Of a stretch of DNA of 64,000 nucleotides, positions 28,841 through 38,903 are shown in pieces (position 1 is the stretch's first letter; each line of letters begins with the position of its first letter). Both the position numbers and the translations under genes were made by a program. The stretch is from an uncultured Gammaproteobacteria bacterium. GTDB lineage: Bacteria > Pseudomonadota > Gammaproteobacteria > JABCZS01. The notes beneath the pieces are model-generated. The model had not been told where the DNA came from and did not search any database. It worked only from the letters and a program-made list of their open reading frames with translations. The DNA is taken from the NCBI GenBank assembly GCA_964389615.1, contig CAYMDW010000001.1:6475-70474 (forward strand), given 5' to 3'.

Positions 28841-30460
28841 ATGTTTGGATCCAATGCCCCAACCCCAGAAAAATCTTTGCCTGAGCTGCGCAACTTCAGC
28901 CCAGAATTTGTAGAGGGCATTACCGATAATGCCAGCCTGACTAAGGCATGGGGTCATTTCGCGGCAAGCTTCACCTCGCAGGACCCTGATGTGCAGCATA
29001 TCAAAACTGTTTTTTTAGCTGTGCAAACGGCATTTCCCGAATTAGCCAATCCGAGCTGGCGTATTCCCATCTCGTTAAATGCTTGCAGACAGACACTCCT
29101 CCAACATCCGATCCACACCTTTGCGCATATCAAGGTCACCAATGAAAACGAAGAAGATTTAGCCCGATACGCTGAAATCCTCGGGATTTTAGAGTATGTC
29201 TTAACTCACCAGATCCAAAATAATACGAATTCATTTCTCTGTTGGTTTGCCAGAAAAACGGTGGATAGTCTATTAGCAACTCAGCGTCTGGCAAACCAAG
29301 CCCAAGGAAGACCCAAGGTCGGCACACTCGAGGAAGAGCTCAAAGAAATCGAGGGCAAATTTTCCCGATGGCGAGAGACATTGAAGACCAATCTGTCTCA
29401 TCATCAACAAAGAAAATTACTCAAAAGCGCCGAGGAAACACTCCTCGAGGAAATCAGCCGTCTCAACACCCTCAGCGATGAGGAGGCTCTTTATGAATTA
29501 TTCGTCCGTATCAACAATCATCGAAACAAAATCGCCAATATTTCTGACAGCGCCACGGAACTAAAACAGATTGAGCAAAATACTTTTTTAGTCACTGTGA
29601 TTGAAGCATTGTTTACAAAATACACTTCGATGACTTTCACGACAGATTCACCCTTGGAGAATTTTCTTCAGGAACTCATGAAATCCGTGAATGATTCGAA
29701 TAAAACACTGCAGGATACCATGGACCGAATCAGGGGGAATACCGATGATGACGGTCTGTGCGATGCTGATGAACAATTTTTTCAAGCCTACATTAGCTAT
29801 TTTCGATTCTTTCTCACCAAAAAACAAATGCTCTCAAACAAACTTGAATTGACCCTGCCCGAATCCACGAATCAATCGCCCGTGACCCAGGCGGAGAGCT
29901 CAAGCACTTCCAGTCATCCAGAAGCCCCGGTCTCACTCGCCCCTCCCCTAGATTCTGCCCCTCAAGCGCATGAGAATAAATTGAATCGATTGCACGAAGA
30001 AATGCAGGATTATGTACTTAAACGTGAGCGTGAGCGCGTCCTCAGGGAAGCAAAAATGAATTTGAAGCCGTTGCCGCCAAAGCCGGTTGCGCGCAACGTC
30101 ATGAGGGAGAACGATAACGAGATCATCAATAGAGCAATTGTTGAACGAAACATCACCGAGCACCCTGTGAACCCAGTCAATGCCGCCGCCACTGCCCGCC
30201 CTTTCTTGAATGCAAGACGCACATCCGAGGTCATGACTTCATCACTTTGCTTATTGTATGCTGGGGGAGTGGGTTTAGAAACCTTAGGCAAAATCAGCCT
30301 GGCCTCAAGCATTGAGCCATTTTTTGTTGCAGCGAGTTTCGCCAGCCCGGTTGCGATTGCGGCTCTGGCTGCCTGTGCACTCGTTTTGGTGATTGGCATG
30401 GCGGAGATGGCGTACACCTATCATGAAAATACGCAGGTGACCCGGCCTACCCTCACCTAA
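28841..30460 (+). CDS. hypothetical 539 aa coiled-coil protein with a C-terminal hydrophobic anchor (effector-like)
   Basis: No family motif. C-terminus SLCLLYAGGVGLETLGKISLASSIEPFFVAASFASPVAIAALAACALVLVIGMA is predicted membrane-embedded. Ser/Pro-rich linker. Confidence 0.4.
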   Translation: MFGSNAPTPEKSLPELRNFSPEFVEGITDNASLTKAWGHFAASFTSQDPDVQHIKTVFLAVQTAFPELANPSWRIPISLNACRQTLLQHPIHTFAHIKVTNENEEDLARYAEILGILEYVLTHQIQNNTNSFLCWFARKTVDSLLATQRLANQAQGRPKVGTLEEELKEIEGKFSRWRETLKTNLSHHQQRKLLKSAEETLLEEISRLNTLSDEEALYELFVRINNHRNKIANISDSATELKQIEQNTFLVTVIEALFTKYTSMTFTTDSPLENFLQELMKSVNDSNKTLQDTMDRIRGNTDDDGLCDADEQFFQAYISYFRFFLTKKQMLSNKLELTLPESTNQSPVTQAESSSTSSHPEAPVSLAPPLDSAPQAHENKLNRLHEEMQDYVLKRERERVLREAKMNLKPLPPKPVARNVMRENDNEIINRAIVERNITEHPVNPVNAAATARPFLNARRTSEVMTSSLCLLYAGGVGLETLGKISLASSIEPFFVAASFASPVAIAALAACALVLVIGMAEMAYTYHENTQVTRPTLT

Positions 30461-30464
30461 TCCA

Positions 30465-31223
30465 CTACTGGAAGTGGTAAGCCACCCCTGCAAAAAAACT
30501 CCACTGGATTTGGTCTTGAACCACATCCGATTGCCCTGGTTGGGTGCCTAGGGTGAGAACCCCTGCCGTACCAAAAAACCGCCAAGGATCAAAATAACTG
30601 TTGGCAAGGGCAAGAGTATAGCCTGCACTGTAAAGCCCCCACTGAGGCTTGTATTCAGCAAAACCCGTGGCCTTGGCCTCAGAGTCTGAAACGCCAAAGA
30701 ATGCATTCATGTAACTCTGACTTCCATACATCAACGAAAAAGTAGAGACCATGGTCCAGTAAGTATCAACCTCGATGCGATAAAGCAAACCAATATCGCC
30801 GTAAGCGCCCTGATGCCCCGCTTGAGTAATCGCTGTTTGCAGGTCAAGGGTCCAAACCCAGGGCAAGGTGAGGTATTTGACGAAGGCTCCGCCATCGATA
30901 CTGCCCGGCAGATCATCCATGTTTTTCACATAACCCGAACTGGGGCGTCCCGTATTGTAGGTTAAGCGTGGGCCGAAAACCCAATCATCGTAACGAAATT
31001 GCGCGCCCACCCCAGTCACCGCGGCAAAAAGCACCTGCTTGTAGACCACATCCACCAAAGGAAGAGGCAGGTATTCGTAGGTATTAGCACCGGGATAGGT
31101 GGGGAAGATGGACAAGCCTCCGCCGACACTTCCGGTGAAATCGCTGACCTGATTTTTAGCAAAAGCGGAGGTGATGAAGGCGGTGAAAATGAGGATTGAA
31201 ATGAATGGATGGCGAAACTTCAT
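30465..31223 (-). CDS. mipA: MipA/OmpV-family outer-membrane protein
   Basis: Signal peptide MKFRHPFISILIFTAFITSAFA. YLPLPLVDVVY and a beta-strand-rich pattern ending ...GVAYHFQ typical of MipA/OmpV. The track ORF (to 31364) adds 47 non-signal residues upstream. Confidence 0.55.
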   Translation of the reverse strand: MKFRHPFISILIFTAFITSAFAKNQVSDFTGSVGGGLSIFPTYPGANTYEYLPLPLVDVVYKQVLFAAVTGVGAQFRYDDWVFGPRLTYNTGRPSSGYVKNMDDLPGSIDGGAFVKYLTLPWVWTLDLQTAITQAGHQGAYGDIGLLYRIEVDTYWTMVSTFSLMYGSQSYMNAFFGVSDSEAKATGFAEYKPQWGLYSAGYTLALANSYFDPWRFFGTAGVLTLGTQPGQSDVVQDQIQWSFFAGVAYHFQ

Positions 31224-31302
31224 GAAAAATCCTTTTTCGATGTGGCCGGAGGGCGGATGGAATGTACCCATTCCATCCGCCCTTAATTCGAATCGCCCAA
31301 GA

Positions 31303-32220
31303 TTACGAGCTGGCCAAAGCCCAATGACAAACCGCCGGCGCATGACGAACGGCATCGTTTTCAAAGGTCACAATTTCCCAAGCATCTGGGTTGGCCATCA
31401 AGGCTTTGAGCAACTGATTGTTCATCCCATGACCGGATTTAACCCCATGGAAAGAGCCTAACAGGTTTTTACCCAAGAGGTACAAATCGCCAATGGCATC
31501 TAGAATTTTATGACGGGCAAATTCATCGTCGTAACGCAGACCGTCGTCATTGAGAACGCGGTACTCGTCGATAACAACGGTGTTATCCATGCTAGCGCCC
31601 AAGGCCAGGTTTGCCGCACGCATGCGCTCTGCATCGGAAAGGAAGCCAAAGGTGCGAGCACGGCTGACTTCTTTCACGAACGAAATTTCAGAGAAATCGA
31701 TGCAGACGGATTGCGCTGATTCACGGAAAACGGGGTGGTCAAAGGCGATGTCAAAGGTCACACGGAAACCATGGTAAGGTTCGACGGAGGCGAATTTGTC
31801 ACCCTCATGAACGACGACCTTTTCTTTGATACGAATGAACTGTTTAGGCGCGTTTTGCTCAATAATGCCCGCCGATTGGATCAGGAAGACAAAAGGCGCC
31901 GCAGAGCCGTCCATGATGGGAAGCTCAACGTCGTTGATTTCAACATAGGCATTGTCGATTCCTAGACCCGCCATGGCAGCCATCAGGTGCTCAACGGTAG
32001 AAACGGTTGCCCCTTGGTGTGACAAGGTGGTTGAAAAGCGAGTATCCCCGATGTATTCAGGGAGGGCAGGAATTTCAACGACGGGGTTCAGATCAACGCG
32101 TCTGAAAATAATCCCGGTGTTAATGGGGGCTGGTTTGAGGGTCAATAAGACCTTTTTGCCCGTGTGAACACCAATACCGGTGGCACGAATCACGTTATTG
32201 AGGGTTCGTTGTTTAATCAT
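31303..32220 (-). CDS. lpxC: UDP-3-O-acyl-N-acetylglucosamine deacetylase
   Basis: [32 protein letters not shown] matches the E. coli LpxC N-terminus. The start is the ATG at 32220; the track ORF starts at the upstream TTG at 32241. Confidence 0.9.
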   Translation of the reverse strand: MIKQRTLNNVIRATGIGVHTGKKVLLTLKPAPINTGIIFRRVDLNPVVEIPALPEYIGDTRFSTTLSHQGATVSTVEHLMAAMAGLGIDNAYVEINDVELPIMDGSAAPFVFLIQSAGIIEQNAPKQFIRIKEKVVVHEGDKFASVEPYHGFRVTFDIAFDHPVFRESAQSVCIDFSEISFVKEVSRARTFGFLSDAERMRAANLALGASMDNTVVIDEYRVLNDDGLRYDDEFARHKILDAIGDLYLLGKNLLGSFHGVKSGHGMNNQLLKALMANPDAWEIVTFENDAVRHAPAVCHWALASS

Positions 32221-32249
32221 ATAATTTAAATTCTTAATCAAATCTGCAA

Positions 32250-32255
32250 ATTATA
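32250..32255 (-). promoter_or_regulatory. perfect TATAAT -10 hexamer for an lpxC-proximal promoter in the ftsZ-lpxC spacer
   Basis: Minus strand reads CTGCTATAATTTGCAG with ~29 nt to the lpxC ATG. The -35 is weak (TAGCAA). Confidence 0.35.
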
Positions 32256-32335
32256 GCAGGATGTTTAGGAATTGCTAGAGTTTTTTCGCGTTAAATCCCC
32301 CCGATCTGAGGTGCGCGGATGATTTTCACGGGTTT

Positions 32336-32369
32336 CCCCCCCTTTAGGAAAGGGGGGCGGGGGGGGGGG
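32336..32369 (-). promoter_or_regulatory. GC-only hairpin (C7TTT-AGG-AAAG6) abutting an 11-nt G homopolymer, 7 bp after the ftsZ stop
   Basis: Plus strand CCCCCCCTTTAGGAAAGGGGGGCGGGGGGGGGGG at 32336-32369. As RNA (minus strand): C11-G-C6UUUCCUAAAG7. Confidence 0.5.
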
Positions 32370-32375
32370 ATTTAA

Positions 32376-33527
32376 TCACTCCCCCTGTCTACGTCTCAAA
32401 AACGCAGGAATATCCAGGTAGCTCTCATCATTATCATTGAACTTAGCGCTCGGACGAGCCTGCTGCTGAACTTCACGACGCATGACGGTAGGTTTGTCTA
32501 ACCGTGCGTAATCAGGGGTGCCATCAGAACGGGTAGAACCGAGTAGAGGCTTGTTTTTGCCCACCCCTGCGTTTTGGCCCAGGCCCGTGGCGACCACGGT
32601 GACGCGCATTTCATCGCCCAGGTCAGGGTTAACCACCGTTCCAATGACGACGACGGCGTCATCTGAGGTGAACGACTTAACCACATCGCCGACTTCTTCA
32701 AACTCGCCGATGGTCATGTTCATCCCGGCGGTGATATTCACCAAGACACCTTGAGCGCCTTGAAGGTTGATATTTTCAAGCAAGGGGCTGGAAATGGCGG
32801 TTTCAGCCGCTTCACGCGCGCGGTTTTCACCGGTGGCATGACCGGTTCCCATCATGGCGAGGCCCATTTTAGACATCACGGTGCGCACGTCAGCAAAGTC
32901 AACGTTAATCAAACCGGGATGGGTAATGAGGTCTGCAATGCCTTGCACAGCGCCCAGAAGAACATCATTGGCGGCTTTGAAAGCATCCAGCAAAGACACG
33001 CCTTTGCCTAAGACGGTCAGCAATTTTTCATTAGGAATAGTGATCAGCGAATCCACATGTTTTGCCAGCTCTTGAATACCATGATCAGCCACTTGCATGC
33101 GTTTACGACCTTCAAATGGGAAAGGACGTGTCACGATGGCCACGGTCAAAATGCCTAATTCTTTGGCGATTTCAGCCACAATCGGAGCCGCACCGGTTCC
33201 TGTGCCACCGCCCATGCCAGCGGTAATGAAGAGCATGTCAGCGCCACTGATCGCTTCGACGATGCGGTCACGATCTTCGATCGCAGCTTCGCGACCGATC
33301 TCAGGGTTGGCGCCCGCGCCGAGCCCTTTCGTAATTTGTGAACCAATGGTCAGACGGGTTTGCACTGACGAATTTTCGAGGGCCTGCTTATCGGTGTTCG
33401 CGATGATGAAGCTCACGCCTTCAATATCTTGACTGACCATGTGGTCAACGGCATTGCCACCGCCACCGCCCATGCCTATGACCTTAATCACTGCATTTTG
33501 TAACTCATCGTCGACAAGCTGAAACAT
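32376..33527 (-). CDS. ftsZ: cell division GTPase FtsZ
   Basis: [19 protein letters not shown] tubulin signature. Start taken as MFQLVDDE (383 aa, matching E. coli length). The track ORF starts at 33560. Confidence 0.9.
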   Translation of the reverse strand: MFQLVDDELQNAVIKVIGMGGGGGNAVDHMVSQDIEGVSFIIANTDKQALENSSVQTRLTIGSQITKGLGAGANPEIGREAAIEDRDRIVEAISGADMLFITAGMGGGTGTGAAPIVAEIAKELGILTVAIVTRPFPFEGRKRMQVADHGIQELAKHVDSLITIPNEKLLTVLGKGVSLLDAFKAANDVLLGAVQGIADLITHPGLINVDFADVRTVMSKMGLAMMGTGHATGENRAREAAETAISSPLLENINLQGAQGVLVNITAGMNMTIGEFEEVGDVVKSFTSDDAVVVIGTVVNPDLGDEMRVTVVATGLGQNAGVGKNKPLLGSTRSDGTPDYARLDKPTVMRREVQQQARPSAKFNDNDESYLDIPAFLRRRQGE

Positions 33528-33538
33528 ACCCTCTCCCC

Positions 33539-34792
33539 TCAAAAACTGTTTTGAAACCATTGTTGCATGCGTTGCCAGACTGAATCAGCCTGTTGAGACC
33601 AGAAAGGCGAACGCCGTCTAATACTCTCGCTGCGTGCATATAATAATAGACCAACACCCGTGGCATACATGGGATTATTCACAACATCAGAAAGACCACT
33701 GACATTCTGAGGATACCCAACGCGCACAGGCATATGAAAAACTTCTTCGGCTAACTCGGCCGCGCCGTCGATTTTAGCACTTCCACCCGTCAGTACGATA
33801 CCCGAAGCGATAAAATCTTGCAGGCCAGAACGACGAATCTCTTGTTGAATGAGCGTATAGAGCTCTTCGTACCGAGGCTCAATCACCTCTGCCAAGGTTT
33901 TACGCGACAATTGACGAGAAGGACGATCGCCGACGGTGTAGACCTCGATCATATCGTGCGGATCCACCAAGCTGCTTAAGCAACAACCGTACTGCTTTTT
34001 GAGATTTTCAGCTGATTGACTTGGCGTACGCAGGGCCATGGCCACGTCGTTAGTGACCTGATCACCGGCAATCGGAATAACGGCCGTGTGACGAATCGCA
34101 CCGTCCGTGAAAATAATTAAATCGGTGGTGCCCCCACCAATATCGATCAGGCAAACGCCCAGATCTTTTTCGTCTTCGGTCAGGACAGAATAACTGGAAG
34201 CCAGCTGTTCCAGCACCAAATCTTCGACTTCCAGGCCACAGCGGCGCACGCATTTGATGATGTTTTGTGCCGCGCTGATCGAGCCGCTCACCATGTGAAC
34301 TTTTGCTTCTAAACGGATGCCTGACATGCCGATGGGCTCGCGAATGCCGGCATGATCATCGATGATGAATTCTTGTGGAATGATGTGCAGAATTTTTTGA
34401 TCCGCAGGAATGGCGACAGCACGAGCCGCATCAATGACACGCTCCACATCGGCTTCACTCACCTCGTGATCACGAATCGCCACGATGCCATGAGAATTGA
34501 GCGAATGCACATGACTGCCTGCAATGCCGGCATGCACAGAATGAATTTCACAACCCGCCATCAACTCGGCTTCTTCAATGGCCCGCTGAATCGAATTCAC
34601 GGTGGCTTCAATATTGACAACCACGCCTTTTTTAAGCCCACGGGAAGGGTGATGGCCAATACCAATCACGTCAACACCGCCAGTGTCTGTGAGTTCTCCC
34701 ACGATGGCCACCACTTTGGAAGTGCCAATGTCGAGGGCGACCACTAAATTTTTGTCCTGATGTTTAGCCATCGGGCTGCTCCTTGATTTCAT
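33539..34792 (-). CDS. ftsA: cell division protein FtsA
   Basis: [19 protein letters not shown] actin-like fold. Start ATG overlaps the ftsQ stop as ATGA. Confidence 0.9.
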   Translation of the reverse strand: MKSRSSPMAKHQDKNLVVALDIGTSKVVAIVGELTDTGGVDVIGIGHHPSRGLKKGVVVNIEATVNSIQRAIEEAELMAGCEIHSVHAGIAGSHVHSLNSHGIVAIRDHEVSEADVERVIDAARAVAIPADQKILHIIPQEFIIDDHAGIREPIGMSGIRLEAKVHMVSGSISAAQNIIKCVRRCGLEVEDLVLEQLASSYSVLTEDEKDLGVCLIDIGGGTTDLIIFTDGAIRHTAVIPIAGDQVTNDVAMALRTPSQSAENLKKQYGCCLSSLVDPHDMIEVYTVGDRPSRQLSRKTLAEVIEPRYEELYTLIQQEIRRSGLQDFIASGIVLTGGSAKIDGAAELAEEVFHMPVRVGYPQNVSGLSDVVNNPMYATGVGLLLYARSESIRRRSPFWSQQADSVWQRMQQWFQNSF

Positions 34793-35487
34793 TGCGCCGT
34801 TTCCTTTGCAATGACAAAACCATTTGTATACCGCAAATCCACATAACGAACCTGAGAAGCATTCTCCGCAAGTGCAGAGGGATAACTTTTCAAAAACCGT
34901 TCAAATCGTTCCACTACGTCTACCGAACCTAACTGAATATGCATGCCATTGTCTAAATCTGCCTGCCATGCACGACGAGCATTTAACTTCAAACCCACCA
35001 GGTGAACCTCATGATCGGCTAACAACCGATTCAAGGTATTGAACATTCCCAACACAGCGAGGGTCTGATCATCAGGCCCATGCAGGCGGGGCAGCTCAAT
35101 CGCTGGCAAATTGTCCGGTCTAAACAGCACCGTTTCTTGGCTGATCAGACCCTCCGTTCCCCAATAGGCCAAGGGTTCATGCTCTTGCACCTGCACCAAG
35201 ACGGTATCAGGCCAGACACGACGCACACTGCTGTGCGCCATCCAGGGCTCTTGCAACAAGGCCTGCTGGATCGAGTGAACATCTAGCATGAAAAAACTTT
35301 GGACCATGTGTGGTTCAATGACAGCTCGCAGCTGATCCTGACGCAGGTAATTCAGTTTGCCATCAACCTTGACTGTCTTGATCGGCAAATGCCCAGGATC
35401 TTTCAAATAGTTATAGCCTACTATTAGCAATATAGCCAACAATAAGAGGATAACTGCGCTTAATATGTATTTAATTTTTGACCACAT
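34789..35487 (-). CDS. ftsQ: cell division protein FtsQ
   Basis: Single N-terminal TM (ILSAVILLLLAILLIVGY) plus POTRA-like domain. Position between ddl and ftsA. Confidence 0.8.
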   Translation of the reverse strand: MWSKIKYILSAVILLLLAILLIVGYNYLKDPGHLPIKTVKVDGKLNYLRQDQLRAVIEPHMVQSFFMLDVHSIQQALLQEPWMAHSSVRRVWPDTVLVQVQEHEPLAYWGTEGLISQETVLFRPDNLPAIELPRLHGPDDQTLAVLGMFNTLNRLLADHEVHLVGLKLNARRAWQADLDNGMHIQLGSVDVVERFERFLKSYPSALAENASQVRYVDLRYTNGFVIAKETAQ

Positions 35488-35590
35488 GCGGAACGATCCC
35501 TAAATAATACATGTATTTCAAGTGATTATGCAAGTTTGTTCAAGTGAATAATGCGCCAGATTTTCAAAATCTTACGCGACTATGGCACCC

Positions 35591-36559
35591 TCACCCGGCT
35601 CGCGCGAGCAATCTCTGTCGATTGACAGCACTCTCCAATATCCCAAACACCAAATCAGTAAAACTAAATCCTAGAGAATAAACCGCCTTGGGAACCAGAC
35701 TGTGATCAGTTAATCCCGGCACGGTATTAATTTCGAGCAACCAAAATTTCCCGTCTTTATCACGAATTAAATCCAAGCGCGCCCAACCTTCGCAACCGAC
35801 GGCTTTATAGGCTTTCAAACACATGTCCTGCAATGCTTTTTCTTCAGCGGCACTTAAACCTGAAGGCACTAAATATTCCGTATCATTGGCCTGATATTTC
35901 GCGTGATAATCGTAAAACGAAGAGGCCGGTTTGATTTTGATCGAAGGCAAGACCTGATCACCGATAATACCGACGGTGTATTCGTCGCCAATGATCCATG
36001 ATTCCGTAAGGGTATAATGGCCAAATTTTTGCGCCTCGTTAAAGGCAGGCACTAATTCACTCACGGAATTCACGCGTGTAATACCCACCGTCGAGCCTTC
36101 GTGCGCAGGTTTCACGGCAAGGGGCAAACCCAACTGCGCAATGACCTCTTGCGGAGAAAAACCCTCTTCTAAACGCATGCCAGGGATAATGGGCAGCCCA
36201 TGTGTTTGCCAGACATTTTTGGTGAGCTGTTTATTCATGCAAAGCGAAGAAGCTTCCATCCCAGAGCCCGTGTAAGGAATGCGAAGAAAATCTAAAAGCG
36301 CTTGAATTTGACCGTTTTCACCGGCGCCGCCGTGCAAGGCAATAAACACTAAATCAAAATTTTGCTGCTGTAACACGTTCAATAAAGTCGCATGTCGGAC
36401 ATCCACGCCGTGCGCATCCACGCCGGCCTTTTGCAAGGCTTCCAGAACCGCCTTCCCGCTGTTCATGGACACTTCACGTTCAGCGGATTCACCGCCCATC
36501 AGAACACCCACTTTTCCATAAGCGGAGGGATTAAGACGAGAGGAAGCCAGGCTTGTCAT
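35591..36559 (-). CDS. ddl: D-alanine--D-alanine ligase
   Basis: KVGVLMGGESAEREVSMNSGKAV...ATP-grasp. 322 aa. Confidence 0.9.
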   Translation of the reverse strand: MTSLASSRLNPSAYGKVGVLMGGESAEREVSMNSGKAVLEALQKAGVDAHGVDVRHATLLNVLQQQNFDLVFIALHGGAGENGQIQALLDFLRIPYTGSGMEASSLCMNKQLTKNVWQTHGLPIIPGMRLEEGFSPQEVIAQLGLPLAVKPAHEGSTVGITRVNSVSELVPAFNEAQKFGHYTLTESWIIGDEYTVGIIGDQVLPSIKIKPASSFYDYHAKYQANDTEYLVPSGLSAAEEKALQDMCLKAYKAVGCEGWARLDLIRDKDGKFWLLEINTVPGLTDHSLVPKAVYSLGFSFTDLVFGILESAVNRQRLLARAG

Positions 36560-36561
36560 GT

Positions 36562-37455
36562 TTAAAAATCTCCTAAAAAATGCACTTCAGGTTTCAGCAA
36601 AATTCCCATCTTTTGATGGACTGTTTCTTGCACGTGAAAAATCAAGGCTTCAATGTCAGCGGATCTTGCTTTTCCCGTATTAATAATGAAATTAGCATGC
36701 TTGGGTGAGACCTGTGCCTCACCGATCATGTATCCCTTAAGACCGCAGGCTTCAATTAAACGCGCCGCATGATCATTAGGTGGATTACGAAACACCGAAC
36801 CGCAGCTGGGCAAACCGATGGGTTGAGTTTCATTGCGTCGCGCGAGTAAGGCTTTAATGCGCTGCTCCGTATCGGTATCAGATTTTTGCGTGAATGATAA
36901 ATGCCCAGCGACAAACCAGGTGTCGGGCGCACGAGGCACCTCACGGTAACCTACCTGATAATCCGATTTGGAGTGGACAGTCACCAGACCCTGACGATTG
37001 ATCACCTCAACCTTGGAGACCACATTCCAGGTTTCCCCACCAAAAGCCCCCGCATTCATGGCCAAGGCACCTCCCATGGTGCCTGGAATGCCAGCAAAAA
37101 AATCTCCTTCGGGCCACTGATGCTTCGCACAATATTTTGCGATTTTGGCACAGGTCACGCCGGCCTCTACCCGAATGGTCTGATCATCCAGAGGCGCAAT
37201 CGAATTCAAGGCAGCCAGAGTCAAAATGACCGTGCCACGAATGCCGCCATCACGCACCAAAACATTGCTGCCCAACCCCAACCAAGTAATCGGTTCGGTC
37301 GGTGGCAAAGACTGTAAAAAAACGGATAAATCCAGCAAATCCACAGGGCGATAGGTTTGATCGGCCACGCCACCGCAATGCCATGAATTTAACATGCGCA
37401 GGGATTCATGGGGCGTCAAGACACCCCGGAACTGTGGGGAGGATTCTGCTTTCAT
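36562..37455 (-). CDS. murB: UDP-N-acetylenolpyruvoylglucosamine reductase
   Basis: FAD-binding MurB motifs. Start ATG at 37455 overlaps the murC stop (ATGA). The track ORF extends further, into murC. Confidence 0.85.
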   Translation of the reverse strand: MKAESSPQFRGVLTPHESLRMLNSWHCGGVADQTYRPVDLLDLSVFLQSLPPTEPITWLGLGSNVLVRDGGIRGTVILTLAALNSIAPLDDQTIRVEAGVTCAKIAKYCAKHQWPEGDFFAGIPGTMGGALAMNAGAFGGETWNVVSKVEVINRQGLVTVHSKSDYQVGYREVPRAPDTWFVAGHLSFTQKSDTDTEQRIKALLARRNETQPIGLPSCGSVFRNPPNDHAARLIEACGLKGYMIGEAQVSPKHANFIINTGKARSADIEALIFHVQETVHQKMGILLKPEVHFLGDF

Positions 37456-38903
37456 GCGCGCTTCACCTGCTCCTGCTCGCCGTGCTGCTCTAAAATACTC
37501 GAGGCCAAACGACCAATGCTGCCCGCCCCTTGCATCACGACTAATTCGTCGCCCTTGCATACCTTGTCTAGGACAGAAACAAGGCTCGATTGATCCGTGA
37601 TTAAAATAGGTTCGATGTGTGAACGTTGACGAATGGCGCGGATCAACTCATTACTCGTTGCCCCTGCGATCGGTTGTTCCCCCGCCGGATAGACTTCCAA
37701 GAGCAATAATTCGTCTGCGCGCGAAAGGACTTCGGCGAACTGATCAAATAAATCGTGTGTCCGCGTGTAACGATGCGGCTGAAAGACCATGACGAGTCGC
37801 GCCTTAGGCCAACCTTCGCGCACGGTATTCATGATCGCCAAAATTTCATTGGGATGATGGCCGTAATCGTCGATCATCGTGACTGTGCAACTGGGCAAAT
37901 TCACTCGGGAAGATTGGAAGCGTCTGCCCACTCCTCCAAATTTTTGCAAGGCCTGTCCAATTTTATCGATCGCAATTCCTTCTTCACGTGCGACGGCAAT
38001 CGCCGCACAGGCATTCAAGGCATTATGACGACCAGGAATATTCAGATGAAATAAATGGCTTTGCCCCTGGATTAATGCCTCAAAGGAACAGGTCAACTCA
38101 TGCTGATGGTATTGGGTGATGCGAATATCCGCATCTTCAGAAAAACCATAAGTCACGACCGGACGGGAAATATCACGCAAAATACTGCGGTTCACCGGAT
38201 CATCAATGCAAATCACCACGGCCCCATAAAAAGGCACTTGATGCATGAAATTTAAAAAGGCTTGCTTGAGCTGATCGACATCCCCTTTATAAGTACTCAT
38301 GTGGTCTTGATCAATATTCGTGACGACAGCAATGATGGGGTGTAAAAGAATAAAAGAAGCATCACTTTCATCAGCTTCAGCAATCAAATATTTGCTCTCA
38401 CCTAATTTGGCATTACAGCCTGCGCTGTTCAATAAGCCGCCAATCACAAAAGTCGGATCGAGCCCTGCGTGTGCGAATACGGAAGCAATTAAACTGGTAG
38501 TAGTTGTTTTGCCATGGGTGCCCGCGACTGCAATACCAAAACGGAATCGCATCAGCTCGGCCAACATTTGAGCACGAGGCACAATCGTGATGCGCTGGGC
38601 CTTAGCCGCCAACATTTCAGGATTATCTGCCGACACCGCGCTGGAATACACGACCACATCAGCGCCCTTCACGTGCGCTTCGTCGTGTCCGAGATAACAG
38701 GTGATCCCCATGCCCTGCATCCGCTGAGTCACCGCGCCCTGAGCTAAATCGGAACCGGTGATCGTAAAACCTTGGTTATGCAAAACCTCAGCGATGCCGC
38801 TCATGCCGACACCCCCAATGCCAATAAAATGAATATGCTTGACTTTATTAAAGGGTTGCACCGGCGGCCTCCATACAAAATTGGGCAACCGTTGCCGTGG
38901 CAT
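37452..38903 (-). CDS. murC: UDP-N-acetylmuramate--L-alanine ligase
   Basis: VKHIHFIGIGGVGMSGIAEVL matches E. coli [21 protein letters not shown]. Confidence 0.9.
   Translation of the reverse strand: MPRQRLPNFVWRPPVQPFNKVKHIHFIGIGGVGMSGIAEVLHNQGFTITGSDLAQGAVTQRMQGMGITCYLGHDEAHVKGADVVVYSSAVSADNPEMLAAKAQRITIVPRAQMLAELMRFRFGIAVAGTHGKTTTTSLIASVFAHAGLDPTFVIGGLLNSAGCNAKLGESKYLIAEADESDASFILLHPIIAVVTNIDQDHMSTYKGDVDQLKQAFLNFMHQVPFYGAVVICIDDPVNRSILRDISRPVVTYGFSEDADIRITQYHQHELTCSFEALIQGQSHLFHLNIPGRHNALNACAAIAVAREEGIAIDKIGQALQKFGGVGRRFQSSRVNLPSCTVTMIDDYGHHPNEILAIMNTVREGWPKARLVMVFQPHRYTRTHDLFDQFAEVLSRADELLLLEVYPAGEQPIAGATSNELIRAIRQRSHIEPILITDQSSLVSVLDKVCKGDELVVMQGAGSIGRLASSILEQHGEQEQVKRA

Noticed and set aside
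30010-30526. 135 aa and 73 aa minus-strand ORFs overlapping the 3' end of the 539 aa gene and the 4 bp gap to mipA
   Set aside because: Low-complexity Ala/Arg-rich translation antisense to a long ORF. No start context.
32359-32369. G11 homopolymer as a phase-variation switch of a coding gene
   Set aside because: The tract is intergenic, 7 bp past the ftsZ stop, so it cannot frameshift a CDS. Kept only as a possible structural or regulatory element.
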